The notes below the pieces were generated by a model. The model was not told the DNA's origin, did not search any database, and was given only the letters and a program-made list of their open reading frames with translations. The translations under genes were made by a program, and so were the position numbers. From positions 127-64,126 of the forward strand of contig JAKAFY010000007.1 in assembly GCA_021817785.1 (NCBI GenBank): DNA of 64,000 bases, in the 5' to 3' direction. This stretch comes from a bacterium. GTDB lineage: Bacteria; Patescibacteriota; Microgenomatia; UBA10105; UBA927. Shown here one piece after another: positions 20,478 to 32,500 of this stretch (its first letter is position 1; every line of letters begins with the position of its first letter).

Positions 20478-22658
20478 TTATGGACAGCCCGGGGGGAGTG
20501 ACATTGGTACATTCTGATTTTCCCCCTGGTACCCAAAGTGTAAATGAGTTCCATATCCAAGACCACAGTTGTTTTTGATGCATCCATATGTATAGCCTGT
20601 CGTGTCAACCCATCCGATGACGTCGCCCGCTTTTATAACAATTGGTTGCCCCTTGGCAGCCACCACCTCGCTGGACACATCAAGCAAATGGGCATAGTTG
20701 GTACAAAACGTTTTTCCGCTCGTTGGGTTGGTGCCGATGAGTACAACATTGTTTCCATAACTTGCATATTTATATTGATTCGGCCCGTAGAAATTATCAT
20801 ATGAAACAACATACCCATCTTGAGCAGCCAAGACGGGGGTTTTTTGATCTGCCCCAAAGTCATACGCATTTAAGTTACGGTGCGACCCATTGGGATCGAA
20901 CGGGCGCTGGGTTATAGGCGCATGCACCGGGCACACACTTATTGTAGCAGGGGGCGGGGGAGGACCGTTCCATTCGCAGCTAAACGTAGTGGCGGCTATG
21001 TTTTCATTGATGACGTTAAATTCATTTACTGCCTTATCGTAAAGAGAGGTAAGCAGCGTTCCTACTTTTGAAGCATACCCCATTTGGGGCATATTAAACG
21101 ACGATGGAAAGATAAAAAGAATGGTAATCGTGGCGACAACGACGATCGCGATAAAAAGCGGCAAATCTTCAAATATTGACGTTGGTGCCAAAGACGAACG
21201 GCGCGACCGCTGCAGCTCGTTTGAAATGCGCGGACTCGTGAATATAAATGACGTTGCCCCATCAACCGCGCCTGAAAGCGCATCGCCCAAACGGTCACCG
21301 AAAAATCCGAGCGACGGGAAAGGGAGCCAAGGAATTCTAAAAGGCGCACCGCCCTTATTATATTGATCTATCCGCCGCCGGGCGAATATTTCCCATGGGG
21401 ACATATTAGCAGGAAGAAAGCCGTACCCTTTTGGGGCATTGGCGCTCGCACGCGCCAGCTCGAAATAGTCAAGTAATCGGTCTTTTGACGCGTCGAACAA
21501 CGAAGGATCCAACGGGCCGCGAAAAACGGTGGAAAAAACATCGCCAAAAACAGACCCCGCTCCCGCAGTCTGAGGTTTCTCGCTGAGAGACTTTGAAAGA
21601 CCCTGAGATATTTGGGTGAACAATGCAGAATGAACGAACGTCTCTCCGAGCCGGTCCGTCAGCTGTTGCGTGTTTGTCAAAAGCGTCCGCAGTGTACCGT
21701 TTACCTTTTCTTTGTACACCATCTCCCGTAATGGTTCGCCGACCAGCGACAATATGCCATCTGCCGCCTGCTGTAATCCTTTTGTGACCCCCTTGGCGTT
21801 GCCGGGGGAGAGGAACCCATTTGTCGAGTGGCCCGCCGCCCGCGGCTGTTCCAGCGACTCGGCAACCTGTGCAAGTTTTACGCCGCGGACAAGCGCTTCA
21901 GAGCGCTGATTTTCAGGAGCGTTGAGCACAATGTCTGCCAACACGTCAGGCCGCCCAAGATCGAGATGCTCATAAATAGACTCTGCTATGTCACGCTCTG
22001 TTTTAGTTGCCGCTGCAGCCGCCGAAAAATACTCGTCATGCCCCGCGATGGATTCCCGAATGATGGTTTTTAGTCGTACCCGCTGATCAGGCAAAAGCGA
22101 ATCTCCGCTTAGTTCTTCACTGGACGCCGCCATCATTTCTGCAAATCGTTCTTTGGTTTGTGCTGGTGTCCCTTCTTTCGCCGCTTGCATTAATGACTGG
22201 TCGACGACAGACGACACCTGTTTCTCGGAAACCGTCGGCGTGAACGCGCTGTATTTGGATACCAGATCGTGTATAAATGCGCGCCGCTTGTCTGTGTACG
22301 GCGCAAGCTTTGTCCGCGCATACTCCCGGGAACGTGAAAGCGCTGTGGTGCGCAGAAACGCGGTGTCTTTGATTTCTTTTTCTTTCAGCAGGGAGTCCGG
22401 CTCGCTCGCCTGAAAGCTCGGAAGATCACGCAATTTCATACGGGTTTCCGAAAATATATGCTTCAGCGCCCCGACAAGCTCTTCGTCGCCTTGTAGCGCC
22501 GCCTCAGATAATCGACCGCTTTGCGAAGAAAGCGACTCCCGAAGATATGCATACTGCTGACTTGCGGAAATTGCCTCCTGCGGCGTGATGGCGCCGCGCT
22601 CGATATCGGAAAGCAGATTGTCAGTAAATTCCAAAAGTGTCTGAGGAGAATTTGCCAT
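20478..22658 (-). CDS. Large membrane protein with C-terminal M23 peptidase domain
   Basis: HxxxxAYD, YGNNV, YAHL, VDTTG and HLHF motifs after a single TM; long helical N-terminus. Confidence 0.8.
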   Translation of the reverse strand: MANSPQTLLEFTDNLLSDIERGAITPQEAISASQQYAYLRESLSSQSGRLSEAALQGDEELVGALKHIFSETRMKLRDLPSFQASEPDSLLKEKEIKDTAFLRTTALSRSREYARTKLAPYTDKRRAFIHDLVSKYSAFTPTVSEKQVSSVVDQSLMQAAKEGTPAQTKERFAEMMAASSEELSGDSLLPDQRVRLKTIIRESIAGHDEYFSAAAAATKTERDIAESIYEHLDLGRPDVLADIVLNAPENQRSEALVRGVKLAQVAESLEQPRAAGHSTNGFLSPGNAKGVTKGLQQAADGILSLVGEPLREMVYKEKVNGTLRTLLTNTQQLTDRLGETFVHSALFTQISQGLSKSLSEKPQTAGAGSVFGDVFSTVFRGPLDPSLFDASKDRLLDYFELARASANAPKGYGFLPANMSPWEIFARRRIDQYNKGGAPFRIPWLPFPSLGFFGDRLGDALSGAVDGATSFIFTSPRISNELQRSRRSSLAPTSIFEDLPLFIAIVVVATITILFIFPSSFNMPQMGYASKVGTLLTSLYDKAVNEFNVINENIAATTFSCEWNGPPPPPATISVCPVHAPITQRPFDPNGSHRNLNAYDFGADQKTPVLAAQDGYVVSYDNFYGPNQYKYASYGNNVVLIGTNPTSGKTFCTNYAHLLDVSSEVVAAKGQPIVIKAGDVIGWVDTTGYTYGCIKNNCGLGYGTHLHFGYQGENQNVPMSLPPGCP

Positions 22659-22663
22659 ACGCG

Positions 22664-24625
22664 TTATGTACTACTTTTTGTATTACCAACTGCTTCTACC
22701 GTAAACATCGGACGATTTGATCTTGGGAGGGTGGGTGGAGCCGTCAGCTCGGGAGCCGAAGACAGAGATGGCGGCTTTTTTGACGGCAGTTCCTGCATTG
22801 TCGGCACGGAAGACTGTTGTACGGCGGGGGTAGTCGGTTTCACCGTTTCCTGTGGACGCGTCGTGGCAAGCGCATGTTCTTCAGGGCTTGATACAACGCG
22901 CATTGCCGCGTGTGCGGGGCCTGCAAAAAACAACCCCTCTCCGATATCGGCCGCAAGCAGCAAATGTTTTTCCCCTTCAGATAAATAAAATACGTCGGCG
23001 ATTTTATCTATAGCCGCCGAAGATTGCTTAAGGAGAATCTGCATACTGCTGTTTTGGATAATCGCCTTTCCCATCTCCGTAGCCATAAAATCTTCCACGT
23101 CCTGGGTAATGGTGGTAAGTCCGAGATAATATTTTCTGGCCCGCTTGGCAATGCTATAGAGAAATTGCGCGGAATCCGGATATTTCATGAGATACCACGC
23201 CTCATCGACAATGAGGAGTCTTTTGCGCTTGTCATTTCTGATTTTGTTCCAGATAAAGTCCAGGATAAGATACATGGCAATGGGTCGGAGTTCATCTTCC
23301 AGATCCCGGATGGAAAAAACGGTCAGTTGATTTCGGATAGCTACGTTGGTTTGTTGGTCAAATATGCCGACTAAACTGCCCCGGACAAACTTTTCTATGC
23401 GGTCCGCCAACCCCTTGGCGAGGGGTTCTTCCATGCCGACAAGCGTTTTATACAGATCTTCCATAAGGGGAGGTTCTTTTGCGTGTGTAGTAGGATCCGG
23501 GGTGATGCCTTTCTGTTTGTATGTGAGGATAAGCGCGCGATCCAGTAATGCGTCCTCCGTCGGGGTAAGTTTGCCCATGACGACGCGGAAAAACCCATGG
23601 AGCGATAATATTTTTTGGCTGAGCTCGCTTTCTTCTCCGGCGGCATTACCAAGAAGGGCTAAGTCAAAGGGGTTTAGTTTCGTAACGGATCCGAAGCGAA
23701 ACCGGATATATTCGCCTCCCAGTGCATGAGTGACAGATTCATATTCATTCTCAGGGTCGATGATAATAACTTCCGTATCGAACATGAGAGAACGCATAAC
23801 CTCGAGTTTTACCATGTAGCTTTTACCGCCACCGGATTTTCCGAACACAACGGAGTTGGCATTTTCCAGCGTAAAACGGTCAAAGATAATTAAGCTGTCA
23901 TTGTGTTCATTCATGCCATATAAGATGCCCTCGTTTGCCGTAAGTTCGCTGGTGGTGAATGGGAAGGTGGTCGCAAGCGACGTGGTATCCATGTTTCTGG
24001 TGACGAGCAGCCGGTCTCTTCCCATGGGAAGCGTGGTTTTTAGCCCTTCCTCCATTTGTAAAATGGCTTTTTTGGTGACGATAAGCAGAGAGCCGAGTGT
24101 CGCCTCCACTTGCTTTGTCGCTTTGTCCAGGTCCTCTTTTGTTTTTGCGGGGATCGTAACATAGAGGCCAAACTGGAAAAATCGTTCCGACCCTTTTGCT
24201 AATTCCTGCTGCAGGGCAAGGGCGTCTTCTAGTGCCACCTGGATAGACGGCTCGATAACGCGGCCGCGTTTCAGGTCAGATTGTATGGTGGCCTCCATTT
24301 CCCCGACCTTGCGTTTCAGGTTTTCCAGTATTTCTTCGCTCCGCGTAGGGTAGATGTACATGGAAATATCCAACGTATGGTTAAACGACACAAGGGGTTC
24401 TAGCCAGTTGGCGGAGACGAATCTTGGATACCCCGCGACAAACAACGTCCGGTAATACCAGTCACCGACCTTTAGTAAATCAAAGTCCACTTCGATAGCA
24501 GGAGGCGCAATGATGTCCGTGACGACTAGCGGGCCGTCAATCGGCTTGGTCCGTGGGGACGGCCCCTCTGGCATGGGATTGATAAATTTTTTGAAAAGCG
24601 CCGCAATATCCGTATTATTTGCCAT
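22664..24625 (-). CDS. VirB4-like ATPase (T4SS/conjugation type)
   Basis: Walker A GKSGGGKS, IIDPENEY, Walker B IVDEAW, and KRARKY...TQD. Confidence 0.88.
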   Translation of the reverse strand: MANNTDIAALFKKFINPMPEGPSPRTKPIDGPLVVTDIIAPPAIEVDFDLLKVGDWYYRTLFVAGYPRFVSANWLEPLVSFNHTLDISMYIYPTRSEEILENLKRKVGEMEATIQSDLKRGRVIEPSIQVALEDALALQQELAKGSERFFQFGLYVTIPAKTKEDLDKATKQVEATLGSLLIVTKKAILQMEEGLKTTLPMGRDRLLVTRNMDTTSLATTFPFTTSELTANEGILYGMNEHNDSLIIFDRFTLENANSVVFGKSGGGKSYMVKLEVMRSLMFDTEVIIIDPENEYESVTHALGGEYIRFRFGSVTKLNPFDLALLGNAAGEESELSQKILSLHGFFRVVMGKLTPTEDALLDRALILTYKQKGITPDPTTHAKEPPLMEDLYKTLVGMEEPLAKGLADRIEKFVRGSLVGIFDQQTNVAIRNQLTVFSIRDLEDELRPIAMYLILDFIWNKIRNDKRKRLLIVDEAWYLMKYPDSAQFLYSIAKRARKYYLGLTTITQDVEDFMATEMGKAIIQNSSMQILLKQSSAAIDKIADVFYLSEGEKHLLLAADIGEGLFFAGPAHAAMRVVSSPEEHALATTRPQETVKPTTPAVQQSSVPTMQELPSKKPPSLSSAPELTAPPTLPRSNRPMFTVEAVGNTKSST

Positions 24626-25280
24626 GAGATTCCTTTCCGAATTCCAGAGCGCTCATGTCCGGAGCGGTTGCCCCCGGGTTATATAAACTGAACAGAAATT
24701 TCACGAGCTGTTCTGTCGTAAGTTGCGTAGCATGGAGGCCCACGCGCGCCAGCAAACGGACGATATGATCCCGTTTTGGGAGCAGGCCCATCTGCGCGCG
24801 CTCGTAGATATATGATTTTTCATACGGAAGGCCCGTTTTTTTGGTCCCCAACAGCATGGAGGGGGAGGCGCCCAGTTCAAGGTTGGAGAAGGGAATGACG
24901 ATGTAAAACTTTTTGTCTAACACGTCCTTTTCCTTCACCATGGATGCCACAAACGCTCGGTATCCGTGGATGCTTTTGGTAAGCTGCGGATTTTTTTGCC
25001 GCGCCTCCTGATCTTCGAGAAGTTTTAAATATGCGGAGATATCTTTATGCTTGGTCTGGATGATGATTTGTATGGGAAACGATAGAGAATTAAGCAGCCC
25101 TGCATACGAGTAAATGATGGCGTCCTGTTCTTTTTCGGAAAGCAGGCCGAAATTAACGGCCGTTGTAGCAATGACGAGGGAAACGGATCCGTCCGCAAAC
25201 AATATCATGTCGTGGTCGATATCGGAAATTTCAGTAAACGATTGTGTAGACGCTCTGATGGGCACGATAGGTTGTGTCAT
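24615..25280 (-). CDS. TraC/VirB4 N-terminal-like T4SS accessory protein
   Basis: VNFGLLSEKEQDAII...LNSLSFPIQI pattern; lies between the PrgI and VirB4-like genes. Confidence 0.65.
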   Translation of the reverse strand: MTQPIVPIRASTQSFTEISDIDHDMILFADGSVSLVIATTAVNFGLLSEKEQDAIIYSYAGLLNSLSFPIQIIIQTKHKDISAYLKLLEDQEARQKNPQLTKSIHGYRAFVASMVKEKDVLDKKFYIVIPFSNLELGASPSMLLGTKKTGLPYEKSYIYERAQMGLLPKRDHIVRLLARVGLHATQLTTEQLVKFLFSLYNPGATAPDMSALEFGKESHGK

Positions 25281-25290
25281 AGGCTGTGTG

Positions 25291-26628
25291 TTACATGGTA
25301 TTTTTCCCGAAAATTTCCTGCGCAAGCTTTTCCCGGGTGAGCTGTTTTTGACTCTTCGCGATAATTTCCAGGGCGGGGACGACCGCGCCGTTTAATGTGA
25401 TTTGTACCCGGGAAAAGGTGAATCTGCCCCGCGGGTCCTCAATTTCGACAAAATATGTGCCTGACCCCAGCGGGGTGGATGCGGCAAATTGCCCCAACTT
25501 GTTTGTTTTAAGTGCACGCATGGGTATGCCCTCTGCATTGGTGACCGTGACCAGGATGCCGGGGAGCTGATTGCCTGCATCGTCTTTTGCAAGGCCGGTA
25601 ATGACGTTGGCCACGTTCGTCAATCGCGGAAGCCCGACTTTGGTCGCCGCATCTTGGGTGTTTATCACTCGAACGGTAGATTTTTCCTGTTTCTCCTGCG
25701 GGGGAGCCGTTCCGGTTTTTGGTGCCGACCCATCTTCTGGCACGGCCGTTGCCGCACTACCCGGTTGCCCGCGGGAAAGCAGCTGCCGTTTAAGGTTGAC
25801 CAACTCATCCTCCATGGCGGAACGCTGTTGCAATACGTCAGTCAGCTGCTGCTGCAGTTCAAGTACCCGGTCAGCAGTTACATTTTTTGTCGAAAGTTGT
25901 TCTTGCAGTGTCTTAAGCGATGATTCGAGGTCTGCCATCTTCTGTTGTGTGGCGGCAGCATCGGAAATTTGTTGTTGCTGCGGCTTTGGCATTGTGGGAA
26001 CGGATGGCGTCGGTTTTATACCGGTAACACTTGGGATTGGTGCTTGAGGAATCATGCGCGCCGCTGTCTGTTGATGGACTGGTGCCGGGCGCTGTGATGG
26101 CCCCCAAAGCTCCGCAAGCCATGCCCACGGAGATGACGAAGAGCGCGTGGTAGACGTGAGTGCCTGCGCTTTTTGTGGTGAAGATGCTGGCGTCTGAAAA
26201 ATTCCGGAAAGCACTGTTTTTGTAGCGTCAGACTTAGTCGCTGCCACCCCCGGAACAGCCGGTCTCGGAATGGGGGTAGGCTGGTGCTGGGGTGGAGCGG
26301 GAGTCGCCTGTGGGCGCGCTGCGACAGGCTCCGCTTTTGGCACTTCTTTTATCCAAATATATTGGGTCGGGTTATAGATGCTTTTGAAAAACGAAAATAC
26401 CCATACGTCCATTGGACGCTCTTCGACGGGAATAAACGCAAACCCAACTCCCAGGAACGCAAATGCAAACGCAAGCGGCCACGTGAGGATAAACGGCAAA
26501 GGCAGGCGGTAGGCCAAAAAGGCCAGGATCGCTCCGGCGCACAAGTACCCGAATTGTTTAAGGGTCATGTCGCCGATTAAGCGGAATTGAAACGTGGTGA
26601 CGTTTTGTGGCACGGGGTGCTGTTCCAT
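25291..26628 (-). CDS. PrgI (VirB3-like) family protein with Pro-rich linker, coiled coil and C-terminal carboxypeptidase-regulatory-like domain
   Basis: MEQHPVPQNV..FQFRLIGDMTLKQFGYL plus 2 TM helices; C-terminal KTNKLGQF beta-sandwich. Confidence 0.8.
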   Translation of the reverse strand: MEQHPVPQNVTTFQFRLIGDMTLKQFGYLCAGAILAFLAYRLPLPFILTWPLAFAFAFLGVGFAFIPVEERPMDVWVFSFFKSIYNPTQYIWIKEVPKAEPVAARPQATPAPPQHQPTPIPRPAVPGVAATKSDATKTVLSGIFQTPASSPQKAQALTSTTRSSSSPWAWLAELWGPSQRPAPVHQQTAARMIPQAPIPSVTGIKPTPSVPTMPKPQQQQISDAAATQQKMADLESSLKTLQEQLSTKNVTADRVLELQQQLTDVLQQRSAMEDELVNLKRQLLSRGQPGSAATAVPEDGSAPKTGTAPPQEKQEKSTVRVINTQDAATKVGLPRLTNVANVITGLAKDDAGNQLPGILVTVTNAEGIPMRALKTNKLGQFAASTPLGSGTYFVEIEDPRGRFTFSRVQITLNGAVVPALEIIAKSQKQLTREKLAQEIFGKNTM

Positions 26629-26771
26629 ACTATATATGATTGTAAAGGGAAAAAAATACATGTTCAATAGCACAAAGCGCATCAGGACCGTGAAAACTCT
26701 ACTTTTATAGTTTTCACGAAACCCCGGAAGCTCTCAGGGTTGCCCACAGAAATTGTGATAAGATAGAAGCC

Positions 26772-28949
26772 ATGAATGCATCTCCGCTGGAGTGCCTGGA
26801 GGTTGTCGGGAATAGATTAAGTGAGGAAACGCCGCTTGCGATGGAACAGGTGTTTGCCGCATTTGCCAATGTACGACGGGAGGCACTGTGGCGCAGGATT
26901 TTTTGGCCGGGGAGGGTACAATACGCAAGTTTCGAAATAGCGGTGATGAACGGGCAGATCCATTTTTTTATCGTTATCCCGGCTCATCTCCGGAATTTTA
27001 TCGAAGGGCAGCTGACGGCGCAATATCCTCGAGTGGTTATTACGCCGATTGTTGATTATCTTCCGTCATTTTTTAGTCGGCCACATGCGATAGCAAGACT
27101 TCGGATGTGGAGCAGTTTTTATTACCCGCTTAAAACCTACGAGGACGTTAAAGACGTTGACTTATTGTCGGCGGTGTTGGGGCAGCTGGCAAAGTTGCCA
27201 GCTAATCAGGCCGTATCCATACAATTTCGGGTAACTCCGGCCGGGCGAGGGTGGCAGGCGCAGGCTGCGCACGTCATCGCACAGGGCGTTCCTGACCCGA
27301 ATTCTCAGTACGGCCGTACGCGTCAGCACCCCGATAGCAGAATTATCGAAACAAAACTAAGCGCCAGCGGATTACGGACAGGTATTCGCATAGTGGCAGC
27401 CGCATCAAGTGAATCTGAGGCATTTGACGTGCTAACGCGCGTTTCAGGATCATTCGGTGTGTATACGTTGGGAGGGGGGAATAGTTTGTTTCAGCCGCGC
27501 ACGTTTGTGTGGCAGAGAGATAGGCTTACCCGATCCATACTTAAACGTGGTATTTATCTTACGCCCCGAACGCACGTACTAAACACCAAAGAGCTTGCAT
27601 CATTGTGGCATCCTCCCGGCATGTCTCTTGCAACCGTAAAAAACATCCAGTGGGGGCGGGGCCTTTTGGGAGAGCCGCCGCAAAACCTGCCGGTGGCTAC
27701 CGACAATGAGGAGGAGCGGAAAACGATCAACTTTTTCGCAAAATGCGAATGGCGCAACCAACAGGTGACATTTGGGATCAAGCAGGCAGACAGGAGGAAG
27801 CACCTTTATATTATCGGAAAAACCGGCACCGGAAAATCCACGACGATTGCCAACATGGCTATAAATGATATGAAAAACGGCTCAGGCATGGCCATAATCG
27901 ATCCGCACGGGGATTTGTCAGAAATACTGCTGCAGTACATTCCCTCCAACCGCATTAATGATGTGGCCTATCTGGATCCGTCGGACAGTGAACATCCGTT
28001 TCACTTAAATCCCCTGGAAGTGAAAAACCCGACCTATCGAGAATTAGTGGCAAGCGGCATCGTATCGATATTTTACAAGCTGTATCACATGAGTTGGGGA
28101 CCCAGGTTGGAATATATATTGCGAAACACAATTCTCACGCTCACCCTGGTGCCGCAATCCACGTTCCTGGATATCCCGGAGCTGCTTACCAACGAACTGT
28201 TCCGACAGAAAATTGTGGATCGGTTGGAAGACCGGGTGCTCAAAAATTTTTGGGTGAACGAATTTAATAAATTTACCCCCCGGCTTCATAGTGAGTCAAC
28301 ATCCCCGATACTCAACAAAGTCGGACAATTTTTATCGTCACAGACCATCCGAAATATCGTGGGACATCCCACGTCAACGATCGATTTGGAAACCATGATG
28401 AACGAAGGTAAAATCGTTATCATGAACCTGTCCCAGGGAAAGCTGGGGGAGGATAATAGCGCATTGTTAGGCGCCATGATGATTACCAAGATGCAGTTGG
28501 CCGCGATGAACCGCGTATATCTTGCCGAAGATGAGCGGCGGGATTTTTATCTGTACGTCGACGAATTCCAAAACTTTGCGACGCAGTCATTTATCAAAAT
28601 TCTGTCGGAAGCGCGAAAATACCGCCTCAACCTCATTTTAGCCAACCAGTATATCGGCCAGATTGACGAGGACGTACAAAAGGCAATTTTCGGCAACGCC
28701 GGCTCGCTTGTGTCGTTTGGTGTCGGTGCGGCAGACGCGCGGCTTTTGACGCATGAGTTCGGCAGCAAATATGAGGAGCAGGAATTAGTGGGACTTGGCA
28801 ACTACCAGATCATATTGAAACTTGCGATCGATAATCAGACGTCTCTTCCGTTTTCCGCCATGACGCTTCCGTTGCCCAGGTCCCGTAACGAACACCGGGA
28901 CACCGTTATCCGCGTTTCTCGCGAACGGTATACAAAAAAGGTACAATAA
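26772..28949 (+). CDS. VirD4/TrwB-like coupling ATPase
   Basis: HLYIIGKTGTGKST, IDPHGD, LYVDEFQNF and EARKYRL..ANQ motifs. Confidence 0.85.
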   Translation: MNASPLECLEVVGNRLSEETPLAMEQVFAAFANVRREALWRRIFWPGRVQYASFEIAVMNGQIHFFIVIPAHLRNFIEGQLTAQYPRVVITPIVDYLPSFFSRPHAIARLRMWSSFYYPLKTYEDVKDVDLLSAVLGQLAKLPANQAVSIQFRVTPAGRGWQAQAAHVIAQGVPDPNSQYGRTRQHPDSRIIETKLSASGLRTGIRIVAAASSESEAFDVLTRVSGSFGVYTLGGGNSLFQPRTFVWQRDRLTRSILKRGIYLTPRTHVLNTKELASLWHPPGMSLATVKNIQWGRGLLGEPPQNLPVATDNEEERKTINFFAKCEWRNQQVTFGIKQADRRKHLYIIGKTGTGKSTTIANMAINDMKNGSGMAIIDPHGDLSEILLQYIPSNRINDVAYLDPSDSEHPFHLNPLEVKNPTYRELVASGIVSIFYKLYHMSWGPRLEYILRNTILTLTLVPQSTFLDIPELLTNELFRQKIVDRLEDRVLKNFWVNEFNKFTPRLHSESTSPILNKVGQFLSSQTIRNIVGHPTSTIDLETMMNEGKIVIMNLSQGKLGEDNSALLGAMMITKMQLAAMNRVYLAEDERRDFYLYVDEFQNFATQSFIKILSEARKYRLNLILANQYIGQIDEDVQKAIFGNAGSLVSFGVGAADARLLTHEFGSKYEEQELVGLGNYQIILKLAIDNQTSLPFSAMTLPLPRSRNEHRDTVIRVSRERYTKKVQ

Positions 28950-29509
28950 TGCCCATGAACGTCGGCTTGCTTGGCGGAGCGTTTAACCCGCCACATAACG
29001 GGCACTTACTTATTGCGCAACAGGTTCTGGATTTTGCCGGCATGGATGAGGTGTGGTTTTTGCCCAATTATGGTCAAATTCCCCCCAAGCCGGTAGCGCC
29101 GGTAGCTGACCGTCTCGCCATGGTGAATCTCTTGCAATTGCCGCGGACACGGATTTCTACGATTGAAATAGACCAAAAGCTTGATGGTGATACGATCAAT
29201 CTGCTTCCGTTCCTTCCGAAAGAACATCAATTTCATTTCATTATCGGTTCCGATCAGCTTCCCACGTTTCATCTGTGGGGAGAATGGAAAAAATTGCTGC
29301 AACAGATGCCCTTTTTGATTTTCCCCCGGTACGGGTTTCCTAACGAGCCCCTGTACGGAAATATGCGCGTTGTCACAAGCGATATATTGGTGGGAAGTAA
29401 TCTGTCCTCAACAAAGATACGGAAAAGAGTCCAAAAAGGACTGCCGATAGATCACTTTGTTCCCCGGAAAATCGCTTCCTATATCAGCAGCCACGCTCTT
29501 TATCGGTAA
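28949..29509 (+). CDS. nadD: Nicotinate-nucleotide adenylyltransferase
   Basis: GGAFNPPHNGH (HxGH), FIIGSD...W and LSSTKIR motifs. Confidence 0.93.
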   Translation: MPMNVGLLGGAFNPPHNGHLLIAQQVLDFAGMDEVWFLPNYGQIPPKPVAPVADRLAMVNLLQLPRTRISTIEIDQKLDGDTINLLPFLPKEHQFHFIIGSDQLPTFHLWGEWKKLLQQMPFLIFPRYGFPNEPLYGNMRVVTSDILVGSNLSSTKIRKRVQKGLPIDHFVPRKIASYISSHALYR

Positions 29510-29578
29510 CTCCCTTGTTGTTGTCTTTCGGACACGATAGAATAATACCAGACGCGCAACAAAGCGCGTCCGTATGCT

Positions 29579-32500
29579 ATGGCCAATGAAGAACTATTTA
29601 AACGGTTAAGCGAAGCTGCAAAAAAAGCTGCCGCACCAAACAGTGAGCAGGCTCATCCGCAGCAGTCCACGGAAGCTACCAAGGCGGACCTTCCGAAGGA
29701 AAGCGCAACAGCTCCAGACACCTCCGGGGTCATAGACGTGGCAAAAGAAAAATTGGCGGAATTTGCCCAAAAACTCCGAGGATCCGTTCCCGAGGCAGCA
29801 AAGAGAATTGTCGGAAGCGACGAATCGGATTTGCCAAAAGATGCCCGCGTGTTTAGCATCGTAGAATCGCTTCTGGCTGTTGATGAGTCCCAGCTATCTG
29901 ATCCTGTTTTTATGCGCGGCGTGGGAGAAAAGCTGGTGGGACTTATCCAGGAAACGGGGTATACCAGCGCAACCGGTCGCGAAGCGGAAAAATACCTGCG
30001 GCGCATCGTTGCAGAAAATCCAAGTCTTGCGGATTTGCGTCTCCGGGCCATGCCGGAAATATCCGGTGGATCAGGTCTTTCTGAAGACAGAGAAGACGAA
30101 CCCGCAAAACAGTCTCGAGATCCCGAGCTTAGCCAAGAGGTTGAGCATCTTTATAATGCGGAACAAGACGTGGATATCAAAGACACGCCTCTTGCACAGG
30201 ATCTGCAGGACTTACAGTATCGGTTCCGAGTCGATCCGGGAGCCGCATACGACACCCGGCTTACCGATGAGGCGGTGCGCCGTATGGTGGAAAAAGGGCG
30301 CAAAGAAGGCATGGACCCTACTACGGTACAAAAGGCTGTAGAACGGGTGCGCTATTTTGAACGGTTTACGGATCTTCGGATGCAAAAACACCAAGAAAAA
30401 CTTCGTGGAGGTCGAGTGGTAGCGTGGAGTGAAATTAAGGGATCGTCCCCTAATCCCGAACTGCATCATGATGATGACGTTTTTCCGGACTTCCGGTATA
30501 TTCCGGCGGCTGAAGTGGAAACGATTATTAAAGGAGATGGTGGAGAGGCGGAGTGGTATTTTAATTTTATTGATCAAATTTACTCGCTTGGCCGTGAAGA
30601 AACACGTCCGACGCTTACGCAGGATCAGCGGTTTCAGGAGTTTAAAGATTTTCTTACATGGAAATATGGGAGCGAGTATCACCTTGCGGTGCAGCTGTAT
30701 CAAAAACATTGGGACAGCCGCGGGCAATTTGAGTATGCGGTCAAAGGACTCATGTATAACCCGGGAGACGTCAAGGACCGACTGAAGGCGATGTCACTAT
30801 TACAAGGGGCTGACCTTGACCACCTCTATAAAAATTTTGACCACTCGAACGAAGCATATAGTCTGTACGAGCATGTCATGTTTGAGCTCATGGCAGAAAA
30901 GCGCGGGAAATATGGAGAGGCGCTGAAATACCTTCGGGAAGACATCAACTGGAACGGAAAACAGATGAAGCGTGAAGACGTACTCAAAGAGCTGAAAGCA
31001 AAGCAGCGCGAAGAAGGGTATGATCCGGAAAAAGGAAAAACGGAGACGTCACTTTCGGTCGCGGATCAACGGCTCATGCATGAAATTCAGCAACAAATGG
31101 ATCTGGCTTCCGAGGGTGTTATGTTGTGGGATGACGACGTCCAAAGCTTTACCGAACTTCATATTACACTTTCCAAACTCCGGAATGCCAGAGAGGATTT
31201 ATTAAAGAAAAAAGGTGAGGGAGCGGTACTTTCCGAGAGTGAACAGGATCAACTGCATGAGGTGGATCGTTTATACCAAATATATTCGCACCGCGAAGAG
31301 ATGCTCAACGAAAATTTTACACAGGAGCTTATTCAGACCCGCGGATTATCACCGGTGGACATTGAAGTACGTAAACGCCTGGTAGAGTATATGAAGTCAC
31401 AAACCGGCAAAGAGCCGGCGGAGTATGAGGTGCGCATGGCACTGTGGGCTGCGCGCACCGCCATGATAGGAAGCGGCCGCATGGCCATGATTGGCTCGAT
31501 GATGTCGATCCCGCCATCTCAGGAATATCACGCGGCAAGCGGCAAAGATGTCATGCGCGCCCCCGCCTTTGAAGACTTGCAACGCATATTTAATCCGGAG
31601 ACATTCGCTTCCCGGTTTAATATTGGCGGAGAGATGGGGGTTACGGCCAGAGGAATACTGCGGCAAAACCTGTTACGGACCAAAGGCATTACGATGAAAG
31701 ATCCCGGCTGGTTTAAGAAAACAAGCGGATGGATAGGCGAGAAATTTAAGTTAACCAAAACACCGGAATGGAAAAACGCCCATGCGCATTCTCACGACAA
31801 ACAACAACAGGCGGCCATGGAAGCATGGGAGTTTGCAGAGGATGCGACCGGCATATCGTTTAGCGAATTGCTCGGACCCAGCTTTATGGCCTCTGGAGGA
31901 TTTTACGATGGCACCGCGTGGCGGTTGGAGAAAGGGATTGCTGATGAACTACGAAATAAGATGCTAGATATGAGAAAATTGCCGGAAAACGCAGCGCTAT
32001 TGGATAATCAGGCATTATCCATACAGCTTCTCACTGCGGGGAATGCAGCCGAGCGCCGGCCGATTCTCGATCGCATGCTCCGAAGAAACCCCTCGAAATT
32101 CCTTGAACTTCTTGAAGAGGACACAGAAAAGATCCTCATTAAACATAATGTAACGCATGAAGAGTGGAAGAAGTTTAAAGAAGCTCTTTCGTTGGCCGAG
32201 CTTAAGATGGCCCACGAGAAAGAATGGCAATTTGCCCGTGTCGATCTGGGGGAGAAAAAAGACTTTGATGCGTTGGTAGCCCCGTATCTTAAAATGCTCG
32301 ATGTTGAACCCGGAAGAACCGAAAGTTTCCGCGCGGTGCTCACTGATTTGCAGGCAGAAGTGTATCGGAGCCGCAAGGTGGAGGCAGCAAGCGGCGTATT
32401 CCGGAACAAAATGGATGCCATAGCCCAGCTTAAGATGCCTCTTACCATGAGTCTTACCGACATGGACTGGAAGGAATCAAACTTTTATCAGTTAGGAACT